Shown here one piece after another: positions 26,928 through 35,828 of a stretch of 64,000 nucleotides of DNA. A program made the translations under genes and the position numbers. This DNA comes from Bacteroidota bacterium (GTDB taxonomy: Bacteria > Bacteroidota > Bacteroidia > Chitinophagales > Chitinophagaceae), in NCBI GenBank assembly GCA_023433265.1, contig JAEZDR010000064.1, positions 65-64,064 of the forward strand, given 5' to 3'. The notes under the pieces were generated by a model. That model was not told where the DNA came from, did no database searches, and saw only the letters and a program-made list of their open reading frames with translations. Within the stretch, counting starts at the first letter, position 1. Every line of letters starts with the position of its first letter.

Positions 26928-28526
26928 CTATTGCATGATAAGGTTGGCGATATTTATGATAGCCCCCGAGGGTACTGTGAGACGTGCACCGTTAGAGAAA
27001 GTAATGGATCCGGAATAAATACATGTGGATCCACCACTAATATCGATTACTACGTGCGAGCCGGGTGGCACGGGGTTGGGCGGGATGAGATTGTTGCGCC
27101 AATTGGAAGCCGTTTGCCAACTACCATTTCCGATGAAAGTATAAACAGGGCCACCACTTAGTTTCCACATATCTCCGAAAAATGAGTCACTATTACTACT
27201 TGCTGAGGTACCCTGACCTCCGAACACGTAAATATTGTAGTATTTATCAACCCACATCAGACCGTCCCACCGGGTACCAACCTTTAAATCGGGGTGTGGC
27301 ACACCGGGTTTTGTTGCATTAGAAGTTAGTTTAGTACCGGTAATGTCGCCTCCCAACCATGTCCATAGATTTGTTGCCGGTGAGTAACGAAAGAGATCAT
27401 TCAACATGACTACAGCTTCTGAACTGGAAGATCCCCATCCACCGAACATAATGAAGTCGCCTGAAGGTTCAATGGCACAGAACGGTTCGCCCCTGATGCC
27501 AGGTTTAGTAGAAGCGTTCGGAGTTCCTTTAGTATTATAGACAGAAAACTGGTTAAAACCCGTGGTAGTATCGCCCGAGACCCAGGTCCATTGATTGGTT
27601 GCAACTGAAAACTTCCAAAAGTCGCTCAAATAGAAGTTGCCATAAATACCACCCGCGGGAAAAAATGCTCTTCCATAACCGCCAAACAACCAAAGGTTAC
27701 CATTATTATCTGCCCAGCTAGCCGATCCATAACGAGCGCCGGGAGTATTAGCAGGAGCGGCGAAGCCTTTTGAGCCGAAGGTTGAAGATTTATTAGGCGT
27801 TGAGTCGCCTGCCATCCAGGTCCAGATTAGCGTTGCTGGATCAAATTTCCAGAGGTCGTTAAGATTTCCACCTGAAGAATTTGCATTTCCTGAGCCTCCG
27901 AACAACCAAAACTTTCCGGATGGATCCACCCAACTCCGTGTGCCAGATCGATTACCCGGCTCGGTTGCTGCTGTACCCATGCCTTTCACTCCATAATTAC
28001 TAAAGACTACACCAGAAGTTGTGTCGCCTTTAACCCAGGTCCATTCATTGGTGGCTATACTATATTTCCACATCACAACTGAAGAGCCTAATAGCCAAAG
28101 GTTGTTTTGGGCGTCGATCCATTGCGCATTTGAATGAAATGCAGGCGTATTGTTTATGGAAGGGACACCCATGGTGCCGAAAGTTGCTTTTTGGCTGCCG
28201 GTATCCGAGCCGCTTTTCCAGGTCCATTGATCTGTAGTTACGTTGTAATGCCAAAGGCAGTTCAGATCTCGCAATTTCGTAGTGTCTGCTGTGTACCCAT
28301 AGCCGCCGTACATCCAAAATTTGCCGCTGGTATCAGTCCATGATACCGCTCCTCTACGTGAACCTGGTCTGTTGGTAGCTGATGGAACGCCTTTAACCCC
28401 GTAAACTGCCGGGAGTTTCTCTCCACCTTTCATCATTGCTGCCCATTGGCTGGTACCTGTAACCTGCGAAAATGAGGAAATCGAAAAAATAAAAACGTAT
28501 GCAATTAGAAATAAAACGCGGGCCAT
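26928..28526 (-). CDS. Secreted Kelch-type beta-propeller protein carrying the same C-terminal module as the delta-60 proteins
   Basis: It has a signal peptide. Blades of the form G.(F/L)W(L/M)FGG...LNDLW(K)(F/Y)....WTW..G are repeated. The C-terminus is VYTFIGNGSWQTASNWRNNLIPPNPVPPGSHVVIDISGGSTCIYSGSITFSNGARLTVPSG. Confidence 0.8.
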   Translation of the reverse strand: MARVLFLIAYVFIFSISSFSQVTGTSQWAAMMKGGEKLPAVYGVKGVPSATNRPGSRRGAVSWTDTSGKFWMYGGYGYTADTTKLRDLNCLWHYNVTTDQWTWKSGSDTGSQKATFGTMGVPSINNTPAFHSNAQWIDAQNNLWLLGSSVVMWKYSIATNEWTWVKGDTTSGVVFSNYGVKGMGTAATEPGNRSGTRSWVDPSGKFWLFGGSGNANSSGGNLNDLWKFDPATLIWTWMAGDSTPNKSSTFGSKGFAAPANTPGARYGSASWADNNGNLWLFGGYGRAFFPAGGIYGNFYLSDFWKFSVATNQWTWVSGDTTTGFNQFSVYNTKGTPNASTKPGIRGEPFCAIEPSGDFIMFGGWGSSSSEAVVMLNDLFRYSPATNLWTWLGGDITGTKLTSNATKPGVPHPDLKVGTRWDGLMWVDKYYNIYVFGGQGTSASSNSDSFFGDMWKLSGGPVYTFIGNGSWQTASNWRNNLIPPNPVPPGSHVVIDISGGSTCIYSGSITFSNGARLTVPSGAIINIANLIMQ

Positions 28527-28710
28527 AAACAGTGATTTTGGTTTTTAAGCATCGGCAAAATAGGGAAAAAATACAAATATGAAAATGCCGGTGATACCAT
28601 TGCCTGAAGTAGTTATTGAAGATTATTATTGGACATTTTTTTGTTGACTCATCATATTTAGTTTTTTGAGCGTTACTTTGAAGTTGCGTTTCTTTATATA
28701 TGTAAGTAGT

Positions 28711-30123
28711 ATGGAAATAGTTCACGTTAGTGCAGAGTGTTACCCGGTTGCCAAAGCAGGCGGATTAGGTGATGTGGTAGGTGCCCTGCCAAAATACCTT
28801 GTGAATGCAGGGCACGAGGCAAAGGTGGTAATGCCCATGTACCGCACTAAATTCCTATACGAAAACAATTTTACCGTTGACCATAAGGGGACCACTAATC
28901 TTGGCGACTGGTGGTTTGAATACACCATAATTAAGGAATCGACGAACAAGTTGGGCTTTGATCTTTACCTGGTGGATATTCATGGTTTACTAGACCGTGA
29001 AAAGATTTATGGTTACCCGGACGATGTGGAGCGATTCACGGCATTTCAAATAGCTGTACTGCATTGGATAAACCAATGGAGCCATAAGCCGGATGTGATA
29101 CACTGCCACGATCATCATACTGCATTAATGCCATTTATGATGAAGTATTGCTTTGCGTTTGCGAAGTTGATGGATGTGCCTTCTGTGCTTACCATTCATA
29201 ATGCGCAGTACCAGGGATGGATGGGTTGGAACAAGAGCACCTATATACCAGCCTGGGACACATGGAAAGGAGGTTTACTGGACTGGAACGATACGATTAA
29301 CCCGCTTGCTTCGGGAATTAAGTGTGCGTGGGCAGTGACGACGGTTAGCAACAGTTACCTGGATGAAATGAAGTACCAGGCGAACGGCCTGGAGCCATTG
29401 TTTTGGTATGAACAGGGGAAAAGTCGTGGAATTTTAAACGGAATAGACACGGACGTGTGGAATCCTGAAACTGACAAATTCATCAAAGAGCAATACGATC
29501 CCGAGATTGTAAAGCAGGGAAAGGAATGGAACAAGAAGGCGATCTGCAAAGAGTTTGGCCTTGACCAAAACAATCCGCTTTTCGTATTTATCGGGCGGCT
29601 AGTAGGAGAAAAAGCGGCAGACATTTTGCCCGATGCTATTCTCTCTTCGCTGTACAGCATGCAAGGCAAAGTAAATTTCATGGTGCTGGGCAACGGAGAT
29701 GCGGAGGTAGAAAACCAATTGAAAAACATACGCAATCATTTTGAGGGCAACTATAATACATTCATAGGGTACGACGAATCCCTCAGCCACCTGTTGTATG
29801 CAGGAGCTGATTTTCTTTTAATGCCAAGCCGTGTAGAGCCTTGTGGCCTGAACCAGATGTATGCGATGAAGTATGGTACTGTTCCGATGGTGAGGAGTAC
29901 CGGGGGCCTGAAAGACACCGTGCAAGACATTGGGGACGATGGCTGGGGAATTCGGTTTGACCAGGCAACCGTTGGCGATGTGGCTTATAGTGTGGGAAGG
30001 GCAGTGAAACTTTATGATCAGCGCGACAGAATGGTGCAGGTTCAAAAGAAAATGATGCATATAGACCACAGTTGGGAGAACAGCGTAGAACAATACATAA
30101 ACCTATATAAAAGTCTCAAGTAA
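28711..30123 (+). CDS. glgA: Glycogen synthase
   Basis: The protein begins MEIVHVSAECYPVAKAGGLGDVVGALPK, the KAGGLGDV signature. The start is at the ATG at 28711, inside ORF 28666..30123. Confidence 0.9.
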   Translation: MEIVHVSAECYPVAKAGGLGDVVGALPKYLVNAGHEAKVVMPMYRTKFLYENNFTVDHKGTTNLGDWWFEYTIIKESTNKLGFDLYLVDIHGLLDREKIYGYPDDVERFTAFQIAVLHWINQWSHKPDVIHCHDHHTALMPFMMKYCFAFAKLMDVPSVLTIHNAQYQGWMGWNKSTYIPAWDTWKGGLLDWNDTINPLASGIKCAWAVTTVSNSYLDEMKYQANGLEPLFWYEQGKSRGILNGIDTDVWNPETDKFIKEQYDPEIVKQGKEWNKKAICKEFGLDQNNPLFVFIGRLVGEKAADILPDAILSSLYSMQGKVNFMVLGNGDAEVENQLKNIRNHFEGNYNTFIGYDESLSHLLYAGADFLLMPSRVEPCGLNQMYAMKYGTVPMVRSTGGLKDTVQDIGDDGWGIRFDQATVGDVAYSVGRAVKLYDQRDRMVQVQKKMMHIDHSWENSVEQYINLYKSLK

Positions 30124-30127
30124 TAAT

Positions 30128-31408
30128 ATGATAAACCCAAAATCTGTAATCTCCGTTATACTTGGAGGGGGCGCCGGAACCAGGCTTTACCCACTGACGG
30201 CTACGCGAAGCAAACCTGCGGTGCCGATTGCAGGAAAATACCGGCTGGTAGATATCCCTATAAGCAACTGTATAAATTCGAACATTCACCGCATGTTTGT
30301 ACTGACGCAGTACAACTCTGCATCGCTAAACAAGCATATTAAAAACACCTACCATTTCAGCGCATTCAGCACTGGCTTTGTAGACATATTAGCTGCAGAG
30401 CAAACGCCTGACAGCCAGAGCTGGTACCAAGGCACAGCAGATGCTGTAAGGCAGAGCCTGAAGCACATTTACAATTTTGACTTCGATTATGTACTCATCC
30501 TGAGTGGCGACCAGCTTTATCAAATAGATTTTGATGAGATGATTACTGCGCATGCCAACAGCGGTGCAGACATCACCATTGCCACGATACCTGTAGCAGA
30601 AAGAGAGGCTTCTGACTTCGGCATTCTTAAGATTGATGAAGACAAATTTATTACTTCGTTTATAGAGAAGCCAAAGAAAGACTTGCTAGCTGATTGGGTA
30701 AGTGATACCGGTGAAGAGATGAGAAAGCAGGGAAGGGTTTACCAGGCATCGATGGGTATTTATGTGTTTACCCGCAAGATGATGCACGATCTGCTTCTTG
30801 AGGAGTTCCCGGATGATACAGACTTTGGGAAAGAGATTATTCCGAAATCTATCGGAAATCATAAAGTGGTAAGCTATCAATACGATGGCTATTGGACGGA
30901 CATCGGTCACGTTTACGCTTTCTTTGAAGCTAACCTTGAGTTAACGAAAGACCTACCTCCTTTCAACCTTTTTGACAACACTAATATCATTTACAGCCGC
31001 GCACGTATGTTGCCGCCGGCAAAAATCAGTGGCACGACGCTGGAAAAAACCGTGATAGCTGATGGATCCATCATAAACGCCAGCCGAATAGAACATAGTG
31101 TGATAGGCATAAGGGCAAGGGTAGGCCATGGTACCACAATAGTAAGTACCTACATTATGGGGAACGACTATTATGAGACGATTGAACAAATGGAAGACAA
31201 TATTCAAAAAGGAATTCCTAAAATTGGTATCGGCGAACGTTGCTATATTAAGCAGGCTATAATTGATAAAAACGCCAGAATCGGAAACGATGTACGCATT
31301 AACGGAGGCACCCACCTGCAGGATATGGATCACAATCTTTTTACAATAAAGGACGGATTTGTCGTTGTAAAAAAGTGTGCGGTAATACCGGACGGGTTCG
31401 TTATCTAA
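30128..31408 (+). CDS. glgC: Glucose-1-phosphate adenylyltransferase
   Basis: It has the ILGGGAGTRLYPLTATRSKPAVPIAGKYRLVDIPISNC signature and lies adjacent to glgA. Confidence 0.9.
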   Translation: MINPKSVISVILGGGAGTRLYPLTATRSKPAVPIAGKYRLVDIPISNCINSNIHRMFVLTQYNSASLNKHIKNTYHFSAFSTGFVDILAAEQTPDSQSWYQGTADAVRQSLKHIYNFDFDYVLILSGDQLYQIDFDEMITAHANSGADITIATIPVAEREASDFGILKIDEDKFITSFIEKPKKDLLADWVSDTGEEMRKQGRVYQASMGIYVFTRKMMHDLLLEEFPDDTDFGKEIIPKSIGNHKVVSYQYDGYWTDIGHVYAFFEANLELTKDLPPFNLFDNTNIIYSRARMLPPAKISGTTLEKTVIADGSIINASRIEHSVIGIRARVGHGTTIVSTYIMGNDYYETIEQMEDNIQKGIPKIGIGERCYIKQAIIDKNARIGNDVRINGGTHLQDMDHNLFTIKDGFVVVKKCAVIPDGFVI

Positions 31409-31431
31409 CGGATAGGACGGAAAGTTTTAAA

Positions 31432-31460
31432 AAGCCCCTTAATAAAAGGGGCTTTTTTTT
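31432..31460 (+). terminator. Intrinsic terminator after glgC
   Basis: The hairpin AAGCCCCTT-AATAA-AAGGGGCTT is followed by a T-run. Confidence 0.8.
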
Positions 31461-31555
31461 GCAATAACCACAGCAAAAAATAGCAAAGCCCGGCAAACGC
31501 CAGGCTTTTACTGTTACATTCAAAACCAACCTAAGGTAATAACGCAGAACAGTTC

Positions 31556-34174
31556 CTATTTATTGTTGCTGCCATTTTCTTTTGCATCGTTCCTGAAGGC
31601 TACGACGCCATCGAACACATCAACCAGCACCGGATGGCCGCGATCTATATCGCCACTAAGTATTTTTTTACTAAGTTGGTTGACTATCTCCTTCTGTATC
31701 ATTCGTTTCAAAGGCCTTGCACCGAATTGCGGGTCGTAGCCATTCTCTGCCAGGTAGTCGAGGAGGTAATCACTGAACTCGAGTTGCATACCACTTTGTG
31801 CCACCATTTTTTGTAACTGAGCGAGCTGAATATTGATAATGCCTTTTATCTCGTTCTTCATCAATGGCTGAAACATAATGATCTCATCTATCCTGTTGAG
31901 AAATTCAGGCCTGATAGTTTGCCTAAGAAGATTCATGAGTTCCACCTTTGTACGATCCACTATCTCATCTACGTTTTGCTCTTTGACGTTTTCGAAAGCC
32001 TCCTGAATGATATGACTCCCGATATTGCTCGTCATAATTATGATCGTGTTTTTGAAATTAACTATCCTGCCTTTATTATCCGTTAAACGGCCATCATCCA
32101 GTACCTGCAGCAAGACATTCCACACGTCAGGGTGAGCTTTTTCGATTTCATCGAGCAATACCACGCTATATGGCTTTCTACGCACAGCCTCTGTTAACTG
32201 GCCGCCTTCATCATAACCCACATATCCCGGAGGAGCACCAACCAACCGAGAAACCGTGTGCTTCTCCTGGTATTCGCTCATATCAATTCTCGTCATCATA
32301 CTCTCGTCATCGAAAAGGTATTCTGCGAGGGCTTTTGCCAGTTCTGTTTTACCCACTCCCGTGGTACCGAGAAAGATGAAAGAGCCAATAGGTTTTCGCG
32401 GATCGCTCAACCCAGCCCTGCTCCTTCTTATTGCATCAGCCACGGCGGTGATGGCTTCGTCCTGTCCTACGACGCGTTGGTGTAAATGATCTTCAAGCTG
32501 AAGTAACTTCTCTCGTTCGCTTTGCAGCATACGGGTTACAGGAATGCCTGTGGCCTTTGCCACATTCTCAGCAATGTCTTCAGCATCCACTTCTTCCTTT
32601 AGCAGCCGCTTTTCGCTTGCTTCTTCCAACTGGCCGGACATTTCGGCGATGATCTTTTCCTGCTCCTGAATTTTACCATAGCGTATTTCTGCTACCCTGC
32701 CGTAATCACCTTCACGTTCAGCTCTTTCAGCTTCAATTTTCAGTTTCTCTATTTCGGCTTTTGCGTTCTGAACTTTTTCTACGAGGTCTTTCTCCTGTTG
32801 CCATTTTGCACTATAGGTATCCCTTTCTACCATCAGGTTACTAATATCTGTATTCAGCTCTTTCAGCTTTTCTTCATCATCTTCCCTTTTGATGGCTTCC
32901 CGTTCAATTTCGAGCTGGCGTATCTGGCGTTCGAGCTTATCCAGTTCCTCCGGCATAGAATTCATTTCGAGGCGGAGCCTGGCAGCACTTTCGTCAATCA
33001 AATCAATTGCTTTATCGGGTAAGAACCTGTCCGTGATATAACGATTGGAAAGCTCTACTGCTGCAATGATTGCTTCGTCCTTAATACGAACATGATGATG
33101 TGCTTCGTACCTGTCCTTCAACCCACGCAGGATAGAGATGGCATCGTCTACTGAAGGTTCATCGATTGTTACCCGTTGAAAACGACGCTCGAGCGCTTTA
33201 TCTTTTTCAAAAAACTTCTGGTATTCGTTGAGCGTTGTAGCGCCAACCGCCCTAAGCTCGCCCCTGGCAAGTGCAGGCTTCAGAATATTGGCTGCGTCCA
33301 TAGCTCCTTCGCCACCGCCCGCACCTACGAGCGTATGTATTTCATCGATGAAAAGAATTATCTCGCCATCACTTTTTGAAACTTCGTTGATGACAGCTTT
33401 CAAGCGCTCTTCAAATTCACCTTTATATTTAGCACCTGCAATGAGCTGCCCCATGTCGAGGGCATAAATAATTTTTGATTTAAGGTTCTCAGGTACGTCG
33501 CCGTTAACAATACGCATAGCTAAGCCTTCTGCAATAGCCGTTTTACCTACTCCCGGTTCTCCAACTAAAATAGGGTTATTCTTAGACCGGCGGGTAAGTA
33601 TGTGAAGCGTGCGGCGGATTTCCTCATCCCGGCCAATGACGGGGTCCAGTTTACCTGCACCTGCAAGTTCATTAAGGTTTTTCGCATACTTCTGCAAAGC
33701 GTTGTATTGCTGACTCTGGGTTTGTGAGTTTACGGTTGACCCTTTGCGCAGTTCTTTTACAGCAGCTACGAGGCCTTTTTCGGTAAGTCCTGCATCCTTT
33801 AACATTTTCGCCGCATCATCACTTCCCTGCAAAATGCCGAGAAGCAAGTGTTCAACACTAACAAATTCATCGTTGAAAGTGCGGATTGATGCGGCAGCCC
33901 GCAATAGTGCATTGTTGAGATCGCGCCCAACCACCTGAGCAGGATCGCCTGAGGCCTTTGGTAGTTTAGCAATGGTCTCCTCAAGACGCGTTGAAATATA
34001 TTGAACATTTATGTTGTTCTTTTTCAATAGGAAAAGTACAGGCGAATCCTGGTCGTCCAGCAAAGCTTTCAACAAGTGGTTCGTTTCAATGTTGGGATTG
34101 CCTGCATTGAAAGCTACCTGTTGCGCTGCCTGGATGGTTTCCTGGGCTTTGATAGTATAGTTGTTCAAGTTCAT
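31556..34174 (-). CDS. clpB: ATP-dependent chaperone ClpB
   Basis: It has two AAA+ modules (GEPGVGKT and GTTGVGKT) separated by a long coiled-coil middle domain. The start is at the ATG at 34174 ([12 protein letters not shown]), inside ORF 31556..34219. Confidence 0.92.
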   Translation of the reverse strand: MNLNNYTIKAQETIQAAQQVAFNAGNPNIETNHLLKALLDDQDSPVLFLLKKNNINVQYISTRLEETIAKLPKASGDPAQVVGRDLNNALLRAAASIRTFNDEFVSVEHLLLGILQGSDDAAKMLKDAGLTEKGLVAAVKELRKGSTVNSQTQSQQYNALQKYAKNLNELAGAGKLDPVIGRDEEIRRTLHILTRRSKNNPILVGEPGVGKTAIAEGLAMRIVNGDVPENLKSKIIYALDMGQLIAGAKYKGEFEERLKAVINEVSKSDGEIILFIDEIHTLVGAGGGEGAMDAANILKPALARGELRAVGATTLNEYQKFFEKDKALERRFQRVTIDEPSVDDAISILRGLKDRYEAHHHVRIKDEAIIAAVELSNRYITDRFLPDKAIDLIDESAARLRLEMNSMPEELDKLERQIRQLEIEREAIKREDDEEKLKELNTDISNLMVERDTYSAKWQQEKDLVEKVQNAKAEIEKLKIEAERAEREGDYGRVAEIRYGKIQEQEKIIAEMSGQLEEASEKRLLKEEVDAEDIAENVAKATGIPVTRMLQSEREKLLQLEDHLHQRVVGQDEAITAVADAIRRSRAGLSDPRKPIGSFIFLGTTGVGKTELAKALAEYLFDDESMMTRIDMSEYQEKHTVSRLVGAPPGYVGYDEGGQLTEAVRRKPYSVVLLDEIEKAHPDVWNVLLQVLDDGRLTDNKGRIVNFKNTIIIMTSNIGSHIIQEAFENVKEQNVDEIVDRTKVELMNLLRQTIRPEFLNRIDEIIMFQPLMKNEIKGIINIQLAQLQKMVAQSGMQLEFSDYLLDYLAENGYDPQFGARPLKRMIQKEIVNQLSKKILSGDIDRGHPVLVDVFDGVVAFRNDAKENGSNNK

Positions 34175-34249
34175 AGTTCGATGTCTCCTAAATGGTACGT
34201 TTAGTTGTAGTATCTTCAAACCCTAATCCAACGGAATAAATCGGAAATT

Positions 34250-35311
34250 ATGACCTCTAAATCTGTTTTAAACTGCCTTTACGGCATTGTTACAGCAACA
34301 TTCCTGCTAATATTTCAGGCTCCTGTGTTTGCACAGTACGACTTCTCAGCTATTGACCGGATACTGGAGCGCAATAAGAAAGAGATAGGTGCAGACATTG
34401 TAGTGATGGTTGCGTCGCCAGATAAAATACTTTATAAGAAAGAGCTTGGAGAAATGAGAGCGAATAGTGAAGCACCGCTTGCTGACGCAAGCAAATGGCT
34501 CACGGCTGCGGTAATCATGCAGGCAGTGGACGAAGGAACTATGACACTGGATGACAAACTAGTGGACTATATTCCTTTGATGGAGAAATATAAGAAAAGC
34601 TACATAGCAATCAGGCATTGCCTGAGTCATACAACAGGGCTGGAAGCGAGCGAAGTATCGCTAAATGCAATAAAAAAGACGAAGTATGAAACCTTGCAAG
34701 AAGAAGTGAATGATTTCATTACGAAAAGGGATATCAAAAACAACCCCGGAGAAGAGTTTTGGTACAGCAATGTTGGCTTGAACATGGCTGCAAGGATAAT
34801 GGAACTGAAATCGAAAAATAAGTCGTTTGACCGTATCGCACAGGAGAAATTCTTCAGGCCAATGACCATGAAAACAAACTTCAGAACAGATGGTGTTTCT
34901 GCAGTGAATCCATCTGCCGGTGGAAGGAGCAATGCTGCAGACTATATTAAGTTTTTACAGATGATTCTGAACAATGGAATGTTCAATGGGAAGCATATAC
35001 TAAGTGAAAATGCAATTGCAGCAATGCATAAGCCCCAGATAACTGCCGACATGATAAAATATGCCCCAAAAGCAGCTGAGGGTTTCCTGTATGGATATGG
35101 CAATTGGGTTAAGTTTTCGGAGAACAATCCCAATCAATTGTCTTTGTCTCACTCTTCTGGTTTATTCGGCCCTTATGTTATGATTGACCATTGTAATAAA
35201 TATGCGCTTGTGATACTCGTACCGGAGCTATCGGCTGAAAAAAAGAAAGATGAGATTTATAAACAAATTAAAGGCGCAATAGACGAAGCGTTGAGCAGCA
35301 GTTGTGAATAA
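34250..35311 (+). CDS. Secreted beta-lactamase/PBP4-family serine-hydrolase homolog (SxxK box reads DASK)
   Basis: It has a signal peptide and a YSN box (WYSNVGLNMAARI). The region PLADASKWLTAAVIMQAVDEGTMTLDDKLVDYIP is collinear with the usual ...S-x-x-K-T/x-F-T-A... block. Confidence 0.65.
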   Translation: MTSKSVLNCLYGIVTATFLLIFQAPVFAQYDFSAIDRILERNKKEIGADIVVMVASPDKILYKKELGEMRANSEAPLADASKWLTAAVIMQAVDEGTMTLDDKLVDYIPLMEKYKKSYIAIRHCLSHTTGLEASEVSLNAIKKTKYETLQEEVNDFITKRDIKNNPGEEFWYSNVGLNMAARIMELKSKNKSFDRIAQEKFFRPMTMKTNFRTDGVSAVNPSAGGRSNAADYIKFLQMILNNGMFNGKHILSENAIAAMHKPQITADMIKYAPKAAEGFLYGYGNWVKFSENNPNQLSLSHSSGLFGPYVMIDHCNKYALVILVPELSAEKKKDEIYKQIKGAIDEALSSSCE

Positions 35312-35388
35312 GCTAATGTTAAAAGACCATTGCTTTTATCATCAATTCCGGTACAATAATGGTGGCTTTGTAAAGGAAAACTTATAAC

Positions 35389-35700
35389 ATGGATATAATA
35401 GTTGAATCTCCGGGTTTTAAAGCGAGCCAAGATCTTGTTAATTACGTTCACGAAAAAGTTGGTAAGCTGAAACCCAATGATCGCATCATAAGAGCAAATG
35501 TGACGTTATTTGCGGGTCCTGATAAAGCAACACCTACCGCGTATTGCGAAATAAGGCTTGAAATTCCCGGAAACGATCTTTTCGTAAAATCGGATGGTGG
35601 TGAATTTGAACAGGCAGTAGACAACGCCGTTGCCACAATACAGGAACAATTGAGAAGGGCTAAAGAAAAACAAGAAGATAGCTACCGGAGAATACAGTAG
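35389..35700 (+). CDS. hpf: Ribosome hibernation promoting factor (short HPF/RaiA type)
   Basis: The 103-aa protein has the pattern MDIIVESPGFKASQDLVNYVHEKVGKL...FEQAVDNAVATIQEQLRRAKEK, typical of the S30AE family. Confidence 0.8.
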   Translation: MDIIVESPGFKASQDLVNYVHEKVGKLKPNDRIIRANVTLFAGPDKATPTAYCEIRLEIPGNDLFVKSDGGEFEQAVDNAVATIQEQLRRAKEKQEDSYRRIQ

Positions 35701-35722
35701 TAATAAAAAGCGTTATAAAAAA

Positions 35723-35754
35723 GCATCCTGTTAAACCAGGGTGCTTTTTGTTTT
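35723..35754 (+). terminator. Intrinsic terminator after hpf
   Basis: The stem is GCATCCTG-N6-CAGGGTGC (one G-U pair), followed by TTTTTGTTTT. Confidence 0.7.
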
Positions 35755-35763
35755 ATGGAAGGG

Positions 35764-35796
35764 AAATTAAAAATCCCTCCTACTACGAGGAGGGAT
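35764..35796 (-). terminator. Intrinsic terminator of the dcw operon (after ftsZ)
   Basis: The hairpin is ATCCCTCCT-N6-AGGAGGGAT. On the minus strand it is followed by TTTTTAATTT. Confidence 0.75.
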
Positions 35797-35828
35797 TACA
35801 ACTAAAAACACCATACTATAAAGCCAGG

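Noticed and set aside
31484-31515. The imperfect hairpin AGCCCGG-N6-CCAGGCT as the clpB terminator
   Set aside because: It has a short stem with a mismatch. It is plausible but too weak to list as a feature.
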